Source of the DNA: a virus
Lineage: Duplodnaviria > Caudoviricetes
Length of the DNA stretch: 64,000 bases
Strand: one strand, 5' to 3'
Virus record (IMG/VR): IMGVR_UViG_3300025849_003344
Made by a program: the position numbers and the translations under genes. Position 1 is the stretch's first letter, and every line of letters starts with the position of its first letter. Below the pieces are notes generated by a model. The model searched no databases, was not told the DNA's origin, and worked only from the letters and a program-made list of their open reading frames with translations. Below, piece by piece: positions 25,882-35,797 of this stretch.

Positions 25882-26370
25882 TTATTTTTCCCAGTAAAAT
25901 ATGTGTGCTCCGATACGAGCAATACGGTTAAGTTTCTTTGACCAGAATGGTTTAGCATAAGTAGCGTGATAGTGTGTTGCGCCTTCAGTAATTCCACGAA
26001 ATTCACCATGGATATACATGTCCCGAGCAAACTTACGTGATTTTTCCCATGCTTCATCATCGTGTGGAGTATCTGATTTGCCATCACAATACCAGCTAAA
26101 TTGGCAATAACGGTTGCCTTTTTTATATCCTTGATGAACTACATCGCATGGTGTGTTTGGATAACGTGTGCTTTCTACACGATTTAAAACAACATCAGTG
26201 ACTGCCATTGCATCCGCTAAGCTACGAGAATGTGTCTCATAATAAACGTTAAGCGCTAAGCATTCTAATTGTTTTTCTTGTTCTACCTTTTCTGCCGCGT
26301 CTACTCCGATAGCCATAACGCTTGTTGCAACTATAGTGTTAATCATTACTGATGCGATTAACTTTTTCAT
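25882..26370 (-). CDS. Cell wall hydrolase, SleB/Hydrolase_2 family
   Basis: CLALNVYYE, VVLNRV, CQFSW, GATHYHATY..PFW, IGAHIFY. Confidence 0.9.
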   Translation of the reverse strand: MKKLIASVMINTIVATSVMAIGVDAAEKVEQEKQLECLALNVYYETHSRSLADAMAVTDVVLNRVESTRYPNTPCDVVHQGYKKGNRYCQFSWYCDGKSDTPHDDEAWEKSRKFARDMYIHGEFRGITEGATHYHATYAKPFWSKKLNRIARIGAHIFYWEK

Positions 26371-26401
26371 GGTACTGCCTCATTTTTTTATATATGAGTA
26401 T

Positions 26402-26430
26402 ACCTTAACATGTTTTAAAAGCAATGTACA
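26402..26430 (-). promoter_or_regulatory. Putative early promoter
   Basis: AAATTAACTG-TGTACA-N17-TAAGGT. Confidence 0.55.
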
Positions 26431-26433
26431 CAG

Positions 26434-27114
26434 TTAATTTAGCTTTATTGGAAATATTTTTTCAATAGCTTTACCTACTTCGATAGCCAAATCCATATGT
26501 TCTTTCTGTGTTCCATTTGCAGATCGAAGTTCGATATAATGAATCCATGATCTAATAGTACCATTCACATACAATCTAGAAACGGTATTGCCTTCTGGCA
26601 GAACAGCTCTGGCTTGCTCTTTGGCAATGCCTGCTTCAATAGCCCAGTCATAAGCATGCTTCGCCGCTTCGATTACTTTTTGCTGATGGGCATGCCACGC
26701 TCTTTGAAGATGTTTATCATCTGTATCAATTGAGTTCTGGCGGTTCTTAGTATCTTGTAGGCGCGCCTCTCGAATTACAAAATTATTACCAAGATCACGT
26801 ACATCAGCATAGCGCTGACTAAACTCCTGAAAAGAAAACGAACGATGCCGGAGTAACTGTCTGGCGATGTCTCTTGTCGTGGTGACTTCGATGCACGCTG
26901 ACGCCATTTCGAATGGTGACCAGTGCTTGTGCTTGACGAGGTACTCCAAGAGTTTTTGTGTTGTCTTTGTGTTCCGCTGATTCGACGGATTGGAGACACG
27001 GGCGGCAAACGCGATGAGATCCGCAATGTTATCTAAACCTCCTATTGCCAATTCTCCGCCATGAATACGGTAAGATGGCTGACTGTGTGAAATTAGGCGA
27101 GCTTCCATGGTCAT
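26434..27114 (-). CDS. thyX: Flavin-dependent thymidylate synthase
   Basis: HWSPFE, RHRSFSFQEFSQRY, RSWIHYIELR. Confidence 0.95.
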   Translation of the reverse strand: MTMEARLISHSQPSYRIHGGELAIGGLDNIADLIAFAARVSNPSNQRNTKTTQKLLEYLVKHKHWSPFEMASACIEVTTTRDIARQLLRHRSFSFQEFSQRYADVRDLGNNFVIREARLQDTKNRQNSIDTDDKHLQRAWHAHQQKVIEAAKHAYDWAIEAGIAKEQARAVLPEGNTVSRLYVNGTIRSWIHYIELRSANGTQKEHMDLAIEVGKAIEKIFPIKLN

Positions 27115-28475
27115 AGTTTAAAGTCCTCAAATCTTTTATTTGCTTCTGATTTATCAAATACTGGAGTATCATCCATTAGAGATTGGTTATTTTCGTCTAC
27201 GTCAAATAGACGCATCTTAGATCTATCTATTCCTAGAATAAACCTTTTCTTATATGTTGGATCATTATAGCGATTCTTCAATTGCTTAACCATCAGTTGT
27301 CCTTGTTGTTCAAGTTCTTCGGTTGAAACAAGTGCGAACATAAGGTCGGCCGTTGCGGGTAATCCAAAAGACTCGGACGTATCTTCAAGCCCAACATCTG
27401 AGTTAGAGTAACCACTACGCGTCGTCTGAGTTGCAGATACGACCGGAACGTCAAATTCAACTGCAAGGCCTCTAAGTTCTTCTGCAATCGCTTTGACATA
27501 AGTGTAAGAGTTGATAGCACCGCCCATACCTTTCATACGTGAAGACGAACAGATATTTAAATAATCAATAAAGATAATATCTGGTTCAAATTTCTTTTTA
27601 AGTTTTAACTCATTTAGTAATGCCCTAAAGTGCCCAGAGTGTGCTGAACCCGTTGGATATTCTTTTACGATCAATCGGCCAGTTGTTTGTTTTGCTAGTT
27701 GAGATACCTTTTGTGAAAACATATCTTTCGAAAGTTTGTCTAGCTGATCAATAGGGATATTAAGAAGATTAGCATCAATGCGTTCAGCGATACGTTCTTC
27801 TGCCATTTCCATAGTAATATACAAAACATTTTTTTGGTCAGTCAATGCTGCAGCGCCCATGTGGCACATAAACAAAGACTTACCGACACCGGTGCCAGCC
27901 AAAGCAATATTCAATGTCTTGTTTGGCAAGCCGCCCTTAGTAATCTTATTAAAGTAGTCGAGATCAAAGGCAATACGTTCTTCTTCTTTATGGTAAAACT
28001 CATAACGATCATTGAAGTTTTCAATATAGTCATGACCGATATTCGCGTCAAAGTTAACTGCCAGAGCATCAGAGAGGATCTCTGGTAGCGCATTCTTTGA
28101 AAGCGTTTGGTGTTTACCGTCAATAATACTGATAGATTCCATTACTGCATTGTGCAATGCTCTATCTTGACACCACTTCTCGGTTTTATCGATTAGCCAT
28201 TCATAATCAATATCTTCGACTTTAAAGATCTCTGGTAGGATCTCAACAGCATGCCGATATTGTTCATCGTTAAAGCTATCAGAATCATCTAACTCAATCT
28301 TAAATGATTCCTGAGTTGGTAGTTTATTATATTTAGAAACGTATTTGCCGACTTCCTTAAACAGCTGACGATAGACACCTTCAAAATATTCATTATGTAT
28401 AAAAGGTAAAACCTTCCGCATGAATTTATCATTCACCAAAAGGTTTCTCAAAATTGTTTGTTCAATGTTCGTCAA
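27111..28475 (-). CDS. 41: Replicative DNA helicase gp41
   Basis: AGTGVGKS, ITMEMAEE, IDYLNI, TQTTR, KQLKNRY. Confidence 0.95.
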   Translation of the reverse strand: MTNIEQTILRNLLVNDKFMRKVLPFIHNEYFEGVYRQLFKEVGKYVSKYNKLPTQESFKIELDDSDSFNDEQYRHAVEILPEIFKVEDIDYEWLIDKTEKWCQDRALHNAVMESISIIDGKHQTLSKNALPEILSDALAVNFDANIGHDYIENFNDRYEFYHKEEERIAFDLDYFNKITKGGLPNKTLNIALAGTGVGKSLFMCHMGAAALTDQKNVLYITMEMAEERIAERIDANLLNIPIDQLDKLSKDMFSQKVSQLAKQTTGRLIVKEYPTGSAHSGHFRALLNELKLKKKFEPDIIFIDYLNICSSSRMKGMGGAINSYTYVKAIAEELRGLAVEFDVPVVSATQTTRSGYSNSDVGLEDTSESFGLPATADLMFALVSTEELEQQGQLMVKQLKNRYNDPTYKKRFILGIDRSKMRLFDVDENNQSLMDDTPVFDKSEANKRFEDFKL

Positions 28476-28882
28476 AGCATTCCCTCTTCACGCATTTTTG
28501 CACGGATTTTTGTAGCACTAATATTATGAATATCATTACCAAGATCGTGCTGCGTGAAGGTATATCCGACGCCACGACCATAGCTAATGTCTACGATGTT
28601 TGGTACCTCCATTATAACATATTCTTTATTGATAGTAAACCCCTCACGGGCCAATCCTTCAACAATTTGTGAAGAAACAAAATCAAATCCAAAGGGATTA
28701 TCAGTTTGAGCTTCTGTCCTTCCACCGCCAGCATCTTCACCAACAATCCCGCCAACATCACGAACCATAATAACAACTTGCCCGGTTTGACCCAAAGCTT
28801 TTTTAAATAATTCCGTGTGGCCTTTATGCCAAGGCTGCCATCGCCCTAACATTTGCGCCGACGGCTTTTTCCAATCAAACAT
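28472..28882 (-). CDS. HIGH-family nucleotidyltransferase-like protein
   Basis: LGRWQPWHKGH; C-terminal ISATKIR. Confidence 0.75.
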   Translation of the reverse strand: MFDWKKPSAQMLGRWQPWHKGHTELFKKALGQTGQVVIMVRDVGGIVGEDAGGGRTEAQTDNPFGFDFVSSQIVEGLAREGFTINKEYVIMEVPNIVDISYGRGVGYTFTQHDLGNDIHNISATKIRAKMREEGML

Positions 28883-29294
28883 GGTATGTCTCCTTCATCC
28901 GGTTAGCTAAATCTAGGATCCACTCATCAGATTGAAATGCGTCAATAACATAATCAAAGTCGGTTGGCTCTTCGAAGATCTTGTTGGTATCATCAAACCG
29001 GCCTGCTTCGATAGTGTTCATCCAAATTATGATATCGGCGTTGAACTCTTGACGAGTAGCACCTGTTGGACAAACAAAGTCACATATGACAGTACGACCT
29101 CTAGTACCTTCAAATGTTGCAATCGTATTCATACGCTCTGATTGTCGCCTACGACCAGCATCACTAAAGTCCCAGTCATTCGCCATTTCCCGTACTTTAT
29201 CAGCATTGTACCAAGCACAATTCAGATGGATCTGTAGCCGCTTGGCTAGATGTGTTTTACCAGAACCTGGCAATCCCATTATTAGTATTTTCAT
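28875..29294 (-). CDS. cysC: Adenylylsulfate kinase-like P-loop kinase
   Basis: GLPGSGKT, NADKVR, DFS..GR.RQ, CDFVCP, FEEP. Confidence 0.7.
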   Translation of the reverse strand: MKILIMGLPGSGKTHLAKRLQIHLNCAWYNADKVREMANDWDFSDAGRRRQSERMNTIATFEGTRGRTVICDFVCPTGATRQEFNADIIIWMNTIEAGRFDDTNKIFEEPTDFDYVIDAFQSDEWILDLANRMKETYHV

Positions 29295-29596
29295 TTTTTG
29301 TCTTCCATAAGCAATTCATCTTTTAAGATTGCCATTTCAATCACGTCGTGCAGTACTAATCCGGTATATTGTTGAAAGTTTTCGTCGTCAGTATTTAAGG
29401 TATCATCAGGCGTTTCAATGATTTCAAAATTATAATGAATAGCTTCATCTGGCCCATTAATTGTAATAGCGCCAAATTGTATTACTGTTTCAACGTATGG
29501 ACCAGTAAGAACTCTGATCCACCAAGACTGATCGTTTTCTGGTGATGGAATTAATTCGTAATCTACCCCTTCTGAGAGTTTGTCGATATTAATCAT
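29291..29596 (-). CDS. Hypothetical protein at the gp40 position between uvsX and 41
   Basis: 101 aa acidic; synteny only. Confidence 0.5.
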   Translation of the reverse strand: MINIDKLSEGVDYELIPSPENDQSWWIRVLTGPYVETVIQFGAITINGPDEAIHYNFEIIETPDDTLNTDDENFQQYTGLVLHDVIEMAILKDELLMEDKK

Positions 29597-30642
29597 TATG
29601 CTTCCTCAATGATTTCATCCATGGATACTTGTTCTCTGTGGCCGATCGTGTATTGCTTTTTCAAGAACTCTTTAAAATCCGTATCAGCAAAGATTGGGTC
29701 CCAGAAGGACTGATCGAGAGTGGCATCGTGCCGAACTTTTGGTCCAACTTCGCCAGTAGTTTGATCGACCATAGCATACCAGCCATTGGAAGGCTTAGTA
29801 ACATAACCACCAGCAAGAGCGCAATCGAGCAAACCAGAATACTTACGGACACCACCGTCCCAAGAAACAGTAATAGGAATTTTAGATTTTTCTTTAACAT
29901 AGCGTGATTTCTCTACATTGATTACAAAATGGTACCCTTGAATCTCTGTACCCTTTTTGTCTTGCTGACGACCAAGGATCCAAATATTATCTGCAGAATA
30001 ATAAATGCCTGTGCCACCAGAAACAATAGCTTTAGGGAACAAGCCGATTTCTTGGTACGTATGATTAACTGCTAACATAGGAATGTTTTTCATAGCAAGA
30101 TATGGCGTGGCCATACGGAACAATCCTTTAAGAGCTTTTGCTCTTGACATATCAGCAACTGACTTTTCGTTTAGTGCATCTTCCATTTCTTTTTTAGAAG
30201 CAAGGTTGCCAATAGAATCAATGACGACAATTACTTTATCACCGCGGTCTAACGATTCTAATTGACCAATCATATCGAATTTTAGTTCTTCTACGTTTGT
30301 AATTGGTGTATGAAGAACACGAGATGTATCAACTTCAAATTGCTCAAAGTATGCCTGAGGTGAACCAAACTCTGAATCATAGAACAACATTACAGCATCT
30401 TTATGCTTTTTCAAATATGCTGCTGCCATAATCAAAGCAAAAGAAGTTTTAAAATGCTTTGAAGGACCTGCAAGAACTGTAAGACCAGAAGCCAAACCTC
30501 CATCTACAGATCCAGATAGCGCCACGTTAATCATTGGCGAATCTGTCGGAGTCATATCTTTTTCATTAAAGAATTTTGACTCAGAAAGAACCTCCGTGTT
30601 TTTTAACTTAGAATTCTTTTTGAGTTTGTCCATTACTGACAT
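29596..30642 (-). CDS. uvsX: RecA-like recombinase UvsX
   Basis: AGPSKHFKT, YDSEFG, IDSIGNL, SGGTG. Confidence 0.95.
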   Translation of the reverse strand: MSVMDKLKKNSKLKNTEVLSESKFFNEKDMTPTDSPMINVALSGSVDGGLASGLTVLAGPSKHFKTSFALIMAAAYLKKHKDAVMLFYDSEFGSPQAYFEQFEVDTSRVLHTPITNVEELKFDMIGQLESLDRGDKVIVVIDSIGNLASKKEMEDALNEKSVADMSRAKALKGLFRMATPYLAMKNIPMLAVNHTYQEIGLFPKAIVSGGTGIYYSADNIWILGRQQDKKGTEIQGYHFVINVEKSRYVKEKSKIPITVSWDGGVRKYSGLLDCALAGGYVTKPSNGWYAMVDQTTGEVGPKVRHDATLDQSFWDPIFADTDFKEFLKKQYTIGHREQVSMDEIIEEA

Positions 30643-30653
30643 ATGTGTGTCTC

Positions 30654-31592
30654 CTAATTTACGTTATAATATTGTTTGTACCATGATACAAATTCAGCAA
30701 TACCAGTTTCAATATTTGTCATAGGTCTATAACCCAGTTTCTTGATCTCTGATATATCAGCTAATGTGTGACGAATGTCAGCTTTATGCATATCACAATA
30801 ATTAATGTCTGCTTTACGTTCTAGATTTTCTTCAATAAGATTTACGAATTTCATAAGCGGAATTGATTTTCCGCTGCCAATGTTATAGATTTCGTGAGAC
30901 TTACTTCTAAGCACTTTATCTATTAACAATTGTACACCATTTACGATGTCTTGTACATAGGTAAAATCGCGGGACATTTCGCCAAAGCCATAAACATCAA
31001 TTGGTCTACCTTTGATGATATTGTTTGTAAATCCATGTAAAGCCATGTCAGGTCGTCCATAAGGTCCATAGACTGTAAAAAATCTAAAGCCAATTGACGA
31101 AGGCAATTTACTGCTTTTAAATTGGCATTCATTTGCATATTTAGTCCAAGCATAAGGATTTAAATGATGCTTGAATTGCATATCCTCAACAAATGGAGGT
31201 TCTTGTCCTGCATAGACGCTAGAACTAGAAGCATAGACAACAGGAATATTAAGTTTTTCTGCCTGATCAATTACTCGTTGTGTTCCATTGATATTATTAT
31301 CAATATAGGTGTACGGATCGTCCAGCGAGTTTCTTACTCCAGCCCAAGCAGCCAAGTGAACAATTACATCTACGTCATCTAGATAATCTTGAAGGTAATT
31401 AAAATGCCGTATATCATCAGCATACGTTTGTATAGCCGAATCATTTAAAATCTTTGCTCGATCCATTTTTAGGTTTTTATCATAATAAGCGTTAAAGTTA
31501 TCTACACCTAAAATAGTATGCCCGAAAGCTTTAAGCTCACGGGCCAGATGAAACCCGATAAAGCCAGTTATTCCTGTTATGAATACTTTCAT
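30654..31592 (-). CDS. NAD-dependent epimerase, UDP-glucuronate 4-epimerase-like
   Basis: TGITGFIG, HLAAWAGVR, ASSSSVY, YAWTK, RFFTVYGP.GRPDM. Confidence 0.9.
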   Translation of the reverse strand: MKVFITGITGFIGFHLARELKAFGHTILGVDNFNAYYDKNLKMDRAKILNDSAIQTYADDIRHFNYLQDYLDDVDVIVHLAAWAGVRNSLDDPYTYIDNNINGTQRVIDQAEKLNIPVVYASSSSVYAGQEPPFVEDMQFKHHLNPYAWTKYANECQFKSSKLPSSIGFRFFTVYGPYGRPDMALHGFTNNIIKGRPIDVYGFGEMSRDFTYVQDIVNGVQLLIDKVLRSKSHEIYNIGSGKSIPLMKFVNLIEENLERKADINYCDMHKADIRHTLADISEIKKLGYRPMTNIETGIAEFVSWYKQYYNVN

Positions 31593-32440
31593 CGTTCATT
31601 CACGTGTGCTATTTCGCCAGTCATATTATACTGAATGTTTTGTTCTTTTTCTCTATCATCTTTTTCATATTCAGATCGATACTTATTATTACGATCCATG
31701 ACATATTCAAGCAACGGCATACGTGTAGTAAAGTTTATAAACGCCGAAACATCTTTTGGAAAACAAGCACCGCCAAAACCACGCTTGCCGTCAAAGCCAG
31801 GGACACGAGTATGGGCATGCCCAATTCTTGGATCAGTACCAATTGCATTTGCGATACGACCATAATTACCTCCGAACTCTTTTATCGAATCATAAAATTC
31901 GTTAAAGAATGTTAGTTTAGTTGCTAGAAAAGTATTGATTCCATATTTAACAAAGCTAGCATCAGTTGCTGCCATATGATATGAAGGACATGGTTTACAT
32001 ATACTGTATTCTTTATAAATTCTTTCCAGCTTTTCAGTAGCTTCGCTTTCGCCACCAAAGATATGTACGAATGGATTTATAATATCTTCATTGGCATTCT
32101 TTTCTGTCAAGAATTCTGGATTATAAACCATTCTATGTTTAGCAGAACCACGGAATAAATTTTCTATTCTATCAGGTGGTATTGTGGATTTAACAACTAT
32201 TAGACCGCTTCGTCGTTGTGCAACTTTCTTTAAAAGTTGTTCAACGATAGACGTATCGCACTGTCCATTTTCGTGCATTGGAGTCGGTAGACACATAAAT
32301 GTAACATCAGCAGATATTGATACATCATCTAAACCGACCCCATATTTAGGATCGATAATTTGTTTTTCTACGTCATCTTGAAATGCGTAATCGATTGCCT
32401 TGCCAACAAATCCGTGGCCAATGATTGTAATTTTTAACAT
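31589..32440 (-). CDS. ugd: UDP-glucose/GDP-mannose dehydrogenase (short form)
   Basis: IGHGFVG, CLPTP, KSTIPP, YNPEFL, GFGGACFPKD. Confidence 0.85.
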   Translation of the reverse strand: MLKITIIGHGFVGKAIDYAFQDDVEKQIIDPKYGVGLDDVSISADVTFMCLPTPMHENGQCDTSIVEQLLKKVAQRRSGLIVVKSTIPPDRIENLFRGSAKHRMVYNPEFLTEKNANEDIINPFVHIFGGESEATEKLERIYKEYSICKPCPSYHMAATDASFVKYGINTFLATKLTFFNEFYDSIKEFGGNYGRIANAIGTDPRIGHAHTRVPGFDGKRGFGGACFPKDVSAFINFTTRMPLLEYVMDRNNKYRSEYEKDDREKEQNIQYNMTGEIAHVNER

Positions 32441-32446
32441 AGTTTA

Positions 32447-33463
32447 TTATACCATAAATTCATCTAGTTGTACACCCCTCATAGGCGGAATTCCTTGTCT
32501 TTGTTCCCAGCCGGATTCCCATCCAGATGCATTTGATAATGTCGAAGGAATATGATCAAACGTTCCATTTCCACGTGGTACATAGTTTTGTCCGAACCTA
32601 ACAAAGTCACACATAACATCTTCAAGATCTTTTGGTTTACCACCAGTTTTTTCTCTTAATAAGTCCATAAAATTATCTGGCTTCCACCCACTTGATAATT
32701 TTTTCATGCACCTTACTGCGTTATTACCTAAATATGTATGAGAGTCTACGTCAGCATTTTCTGGAAAATAGTCAGAACAATCCATAGAGAAGGCAGCATA
32801 CTGAAAATTAAATTTACGATGACCAGCTTTTTTATTATGCTCATTTAAATGATCTACAATTTCTTTATGTCCTCTTTTTTTCAAAAGTAGAAAATCTGTA
32901 AACCTGTTAATAACTTCAGGCAATTCATTTACCATGAAGTCAACATTACTAACTCCTTTCTTTGGAGCCGGAGGTTGATTGCCTATAGACGTAAACATTG
33001 GTTTGCCTGAAGCTTTAGTCTCTGCTAAATCTTCTGCCATATCTTTAATGTCTCTATGTTTACTCCAATGTTGAATTATGTTATTACGATAACCGTGGTC
33101 ATTTTCAAATGAAGCCCCTGATCCAGTTATGCGATGACAAAGAAATGTGTATAGCCAGGTTTCAATAGTCCAGTTAATATCATCGTTTGATGCTGAAATC
33201 TTACGTCTATCTTCTTTCTGCCATCTCCACTTAGGAGTTTTAGATCCGAACCTTAGATCTTGTAATACGTTTGAGAAGCCTGCAGCATTTCTCGTTTTAC
33301 AATCGTAGATATCAATCTTTTGCATAAGAGGATCATTGATAATGTTATTTGCTTCTGGACCTTCATAGTCCAATTCACCCCAATTAACATTATCTTGTAA
33401 CCAACCGGCTTTTGGATAATAATAATTTACAAGAACATCAATTGCTTCTTCATTGAGCCACAT
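32447..33463 (-). CDS. aGPT-Pplase-like (HhH glycosylase fold) DNA base-modification enzyme
   Basis: FQY...MD...Y...D...YLGNNAVRCM...DLEDVMCDFVRF parallels clade-1 aGPT-Pplase motifs (F.Y...D..., GPGA..GL, E..LCE..KY); sits next to a PLP enzyme and a TS homologue. Confidence 0.6.
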   Translation of the reverse strand: MWLNEEAIDVLVNYYYPKAGWLQDNVNWGELDYEGPEANNIINDPLMQKIDIYDCKTRNAAGFSNVLQDLRFGSKTPKWRWQKEDRRKISASNDDINWTIETWLYTFLCHRITGSGASFENDHGYRNNIIQHWSKHRDIKDMAEDLAETKASGKPMFTSIGNQPPAPKKGVSNVDFMVNELPEVINRFTDFLLLKKRGHKEIVDHLNEHNKKAGHRKFNFQYAAFSMDCSDYFPENADVDSHTYLGNNAVRCMKKLSSGWKPDNFMDLLREKTGGKPKDLEDVMCDFVRFGQNYVPRGNGTFDHIPSTLSNASGWESGWEQRQGIPPMRGVQLDEFMV

Positions 33464-34337
33464 TCTTTTCCCAATCTCTATATGAATCTATTGTATCTGG
33501 TAACGCTTGATTCTGTAATACTGGTTCCTGCCCTACATTCCAAAATAGAATATCGCGATTTGTATCTTTAGGAATATATTTCCATACTTTACCATCGTAG
33601 GTATCTATAGTTGGGAATGGTGGAAGATTATCTTTTTTCTCTGCCGCGGTAAACGCTAATGGTTCTGATACTGCCTCTGCAATACCCAATTCACCAGCCT
33701 TCATATTGCGTGACACGCAAACAGAAGTAAACTTGGCATTAGGCCACGCGATTTGTAAAGCTCTTGTAAGTACCCCAGTAGACGTGGCAGTATATACTTC
33801 TTCAGGTTCTTTTATCTTAGAAGCTGTCTTTACAATGCCTGCCGTTACCATTTCATGCTTAAGACCTAGCGGAACAAAGAAAGCATTCTTTCTTTCATCG
33901 GCCCATTTCTTTGCAATTAGATTTAAATTAGGCATAGCTGCTATTCTATGAAAACTAGTACGAGCCCCTCGTTCGATGCAGCAGGCTTGGTGATCGCTAA
34001 TTCGTTTTGAGGAGGGCATGAAAAGCATGACGTCTTTTTCGTGTCGCTTGGCCACGTCAAGTATACTAACACCAGCAAGGCCAGTGCGAGGTTGAACGTA
34101 AACGATAGTATCAATGTGAGGGCCCAGGCTACTGATGAGGCAATCGCCACCACGAACTTTAGAGCCAACCAAAAAATCATCACGGACAACACGAATATTG
34201 TTATGCCGGCTAATATGTGGGATTCCATAAGGATCCTCCCAGTTTTCTGCTAATTCTAAATAGTACTCTTTCGGGTCTCCGTAAAACGGATTAATATCTT
34301 TATTAATTTTATCAATAACGTGATTATTATGTGGCAA
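33450..34337 (-). CDS. PLP-dependent fold-II enzyme, ACC deaminase/D-cysteine desulfhydrase-like
   Basis: VVRDDFLVGSKVRG, TATSTGV, DTYDGKVW, LFWNVG. Confidence 0.75.
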   Translation of the reverse strand: MPHNNHVIDKINKDINPFYGDPKEYYLELAENWEDPYGIPHISRHNNIRVVRDDFLVGSKVRGGDCLISSLGPHIDTIVYVQPRTGLAGVSILDVAKRHEKDVMLFMPSSKRISDHQACCIERGARTSFHRIAAMPNLNLIAKKWADERKNAFFVPLGLKHEMVTAGIVKTASKIKEPEEVYTATSTGVLTRALQIAWPNAKFTSVCVSRNMKAGELGIAEAVSEPLAFTAAEKKDNLPPFPTIDTYDGKVWKYIPKDTNRDILFWNVGQEPVLQNQALPDTIDSYRDWEKNVAQ

Positions 34338-35292
34338 GAGGCGATACTCCCCAATCGTTGCGTCTATAATATGGCGGGGCTATATGAAAACTAGAACCAT
34401 GTTCCATATAGGTATTTGCGTATTTTTCAGGATCCATTGTATACCATTCTTTTGGTGGCATAATGACTTTGCCTTTAGACTCATCATTAAGCACGTCAAT
34501 AAATTCGTTTGTAAGATCCCACCGCTCTTTCCATGAACCAAAGAATGGAGTCTTTTTGTAAAATCCTGATTTAGGTATACGTCTACCTTCAAACTCTACC
34601 GGCACTGGAGCGGTAAACCATACATCGTCAGATAATTCGTTGCCTTGTCTTACATATTCTTTTATTGTATATCTAAGAGAAAAATCGCCATGACGTAAAA
34701 CATGATGCCTAATATCAATTGAGCCCATACATAATGTAAGCTTTCCAATGGATTCCGATATTTCAGATCGTAAACCTTTTCGAATAGTTCCAAATAAAGT
34801 TTTACCATCAGTACGGTACACGCGATCGCCAGCCCCGCTATAAGCGATTGTGTGTGAATCTCCAAAGGTAATGCCATCGGTTTTTAGATCCTTCTGCTTG
34901 AGGGATGTAATACTTCTAATTCGTTTAGAGACAGCATTACACCACATAGGAGTGATGCCTTTATATGTTGTAGGAGCTTCAAGTCGTTTCTTCAACATCT
35001 CTCCATAATCAGGCATATCCCAATCTAACGAAACAATGTTATCGCATGACATTACAAGATTAATTCTATCATATACTTCTTTGTTAGCGCCACCAAACAA
35101 ATTCAAAGTACCACTAAAATTAGCCCCATGATCTATATAGACTACGTCAGCTTTTTTAATTTGAGGTGTGCATTTGTGGTCAATAGAAGCTTTTAATTGA
35201 TCTCGCCACAGTTGAGTCCACCCGTGCACGTGGGACTTTTCATTCTTGGGTATATTGCTTATAGGGTTCGTAATCACATTCGATAAATTCAT
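34327..35292 (-). CDS. Hypothetical protein with SGNH-like motif
   Basis: FGDSHT, MGSIDIRHH, C-terminal FHIAP; likely start MNLSNV. Confidence 0.55.
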   Translation of the reverse strand: MNLSNVITNPISNIPKNEKSHVHGWTQLWRDQLKASIDHKCTPQIKKADVVYIDHGANFSGTLNLFGGANKEVYDRINLVMSCDNIVSLDWDMPDYGEMLKKRLEAPTTYKGITPMWCNAVSKRIRSITSLKQKDLKTDGITFGDSHTIAYSGAGDRVYRTDGKTLFGTIRKGLRSEISESIGKLTLCMGSIDIRHHVLRHGDFSLRYTIKEYVRQGNELSDDVWFTAPVPVEFEGRRIPKSGFYKKTPFFGSWKERWDLTNEFIDVLNDESKGKVIMPPKEWYTMDPEKYANTYMEHGSSFHIAPPYYRRNDWGVSPLAT

Positions 35293-35797
35293 ATTCAACT
35301 CCAGTTTCTCCAAACATATCGCTTGTACGCTCAAAGGATTCCAGCCACTTATCAGGATAATCGGCAGCAGGCATTACAACACGAGTTATGCCTACCTGTA
35401 TAATACCTTTTGCGCAGTCAGAGCAGACAGGAAGACCCCACACATACAAAGTTGCTTGATCTAATGATACGCCGTTATATGTGGCATTGTATATAACATT
35501 CTGTTCTGCGTGCACAACAAACTGATATTTTGTTTTTCTATCATTATAGCGGATATCGCCATCGTAAATTCCACGCGGAAAACCGTTATAACCCTGAGCT
35601 AATACTTGACCTTTAGATCCAACAGCGATTGCGCCGATCTGAGTAGACGGATCTTTAGACCAACTTGAGACTTCTCTTGCTAATCCCAAATAGCGGTGAT
35701 CCCACTTACTTGACAAGGTGGAAGTGCTTTTCATAGACGTGCAGGTTTTGTACTTGCCATGTAATAGAACCTTCTTCGATTTGAGCGCCGTCATCAT
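35240..35797 (-). CDS. cd: dCMP deaminase (true start probably about 35715)
   Basis: SKDPSTQIG, GYNG, HAEQN, PVCSDC. Confidence 0.92.
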   Translation of the reverse strand: MMTALKSKKVLLHGKYKTCTSMKSTSTLSSKWDHRYLGLAREVSSWSKDPSTQIGAIAVGSKGQVLAQGYNGFPRGIYDGDIRYNDRKTKYQFVVHAEQNVIYNATYNGVSLDQATLYVWGLPVCSDCAKGIIQVGITRVVMPAADYPDKWLESFERTSDMFGETGVEYEFIECDYEPYKQYTQE

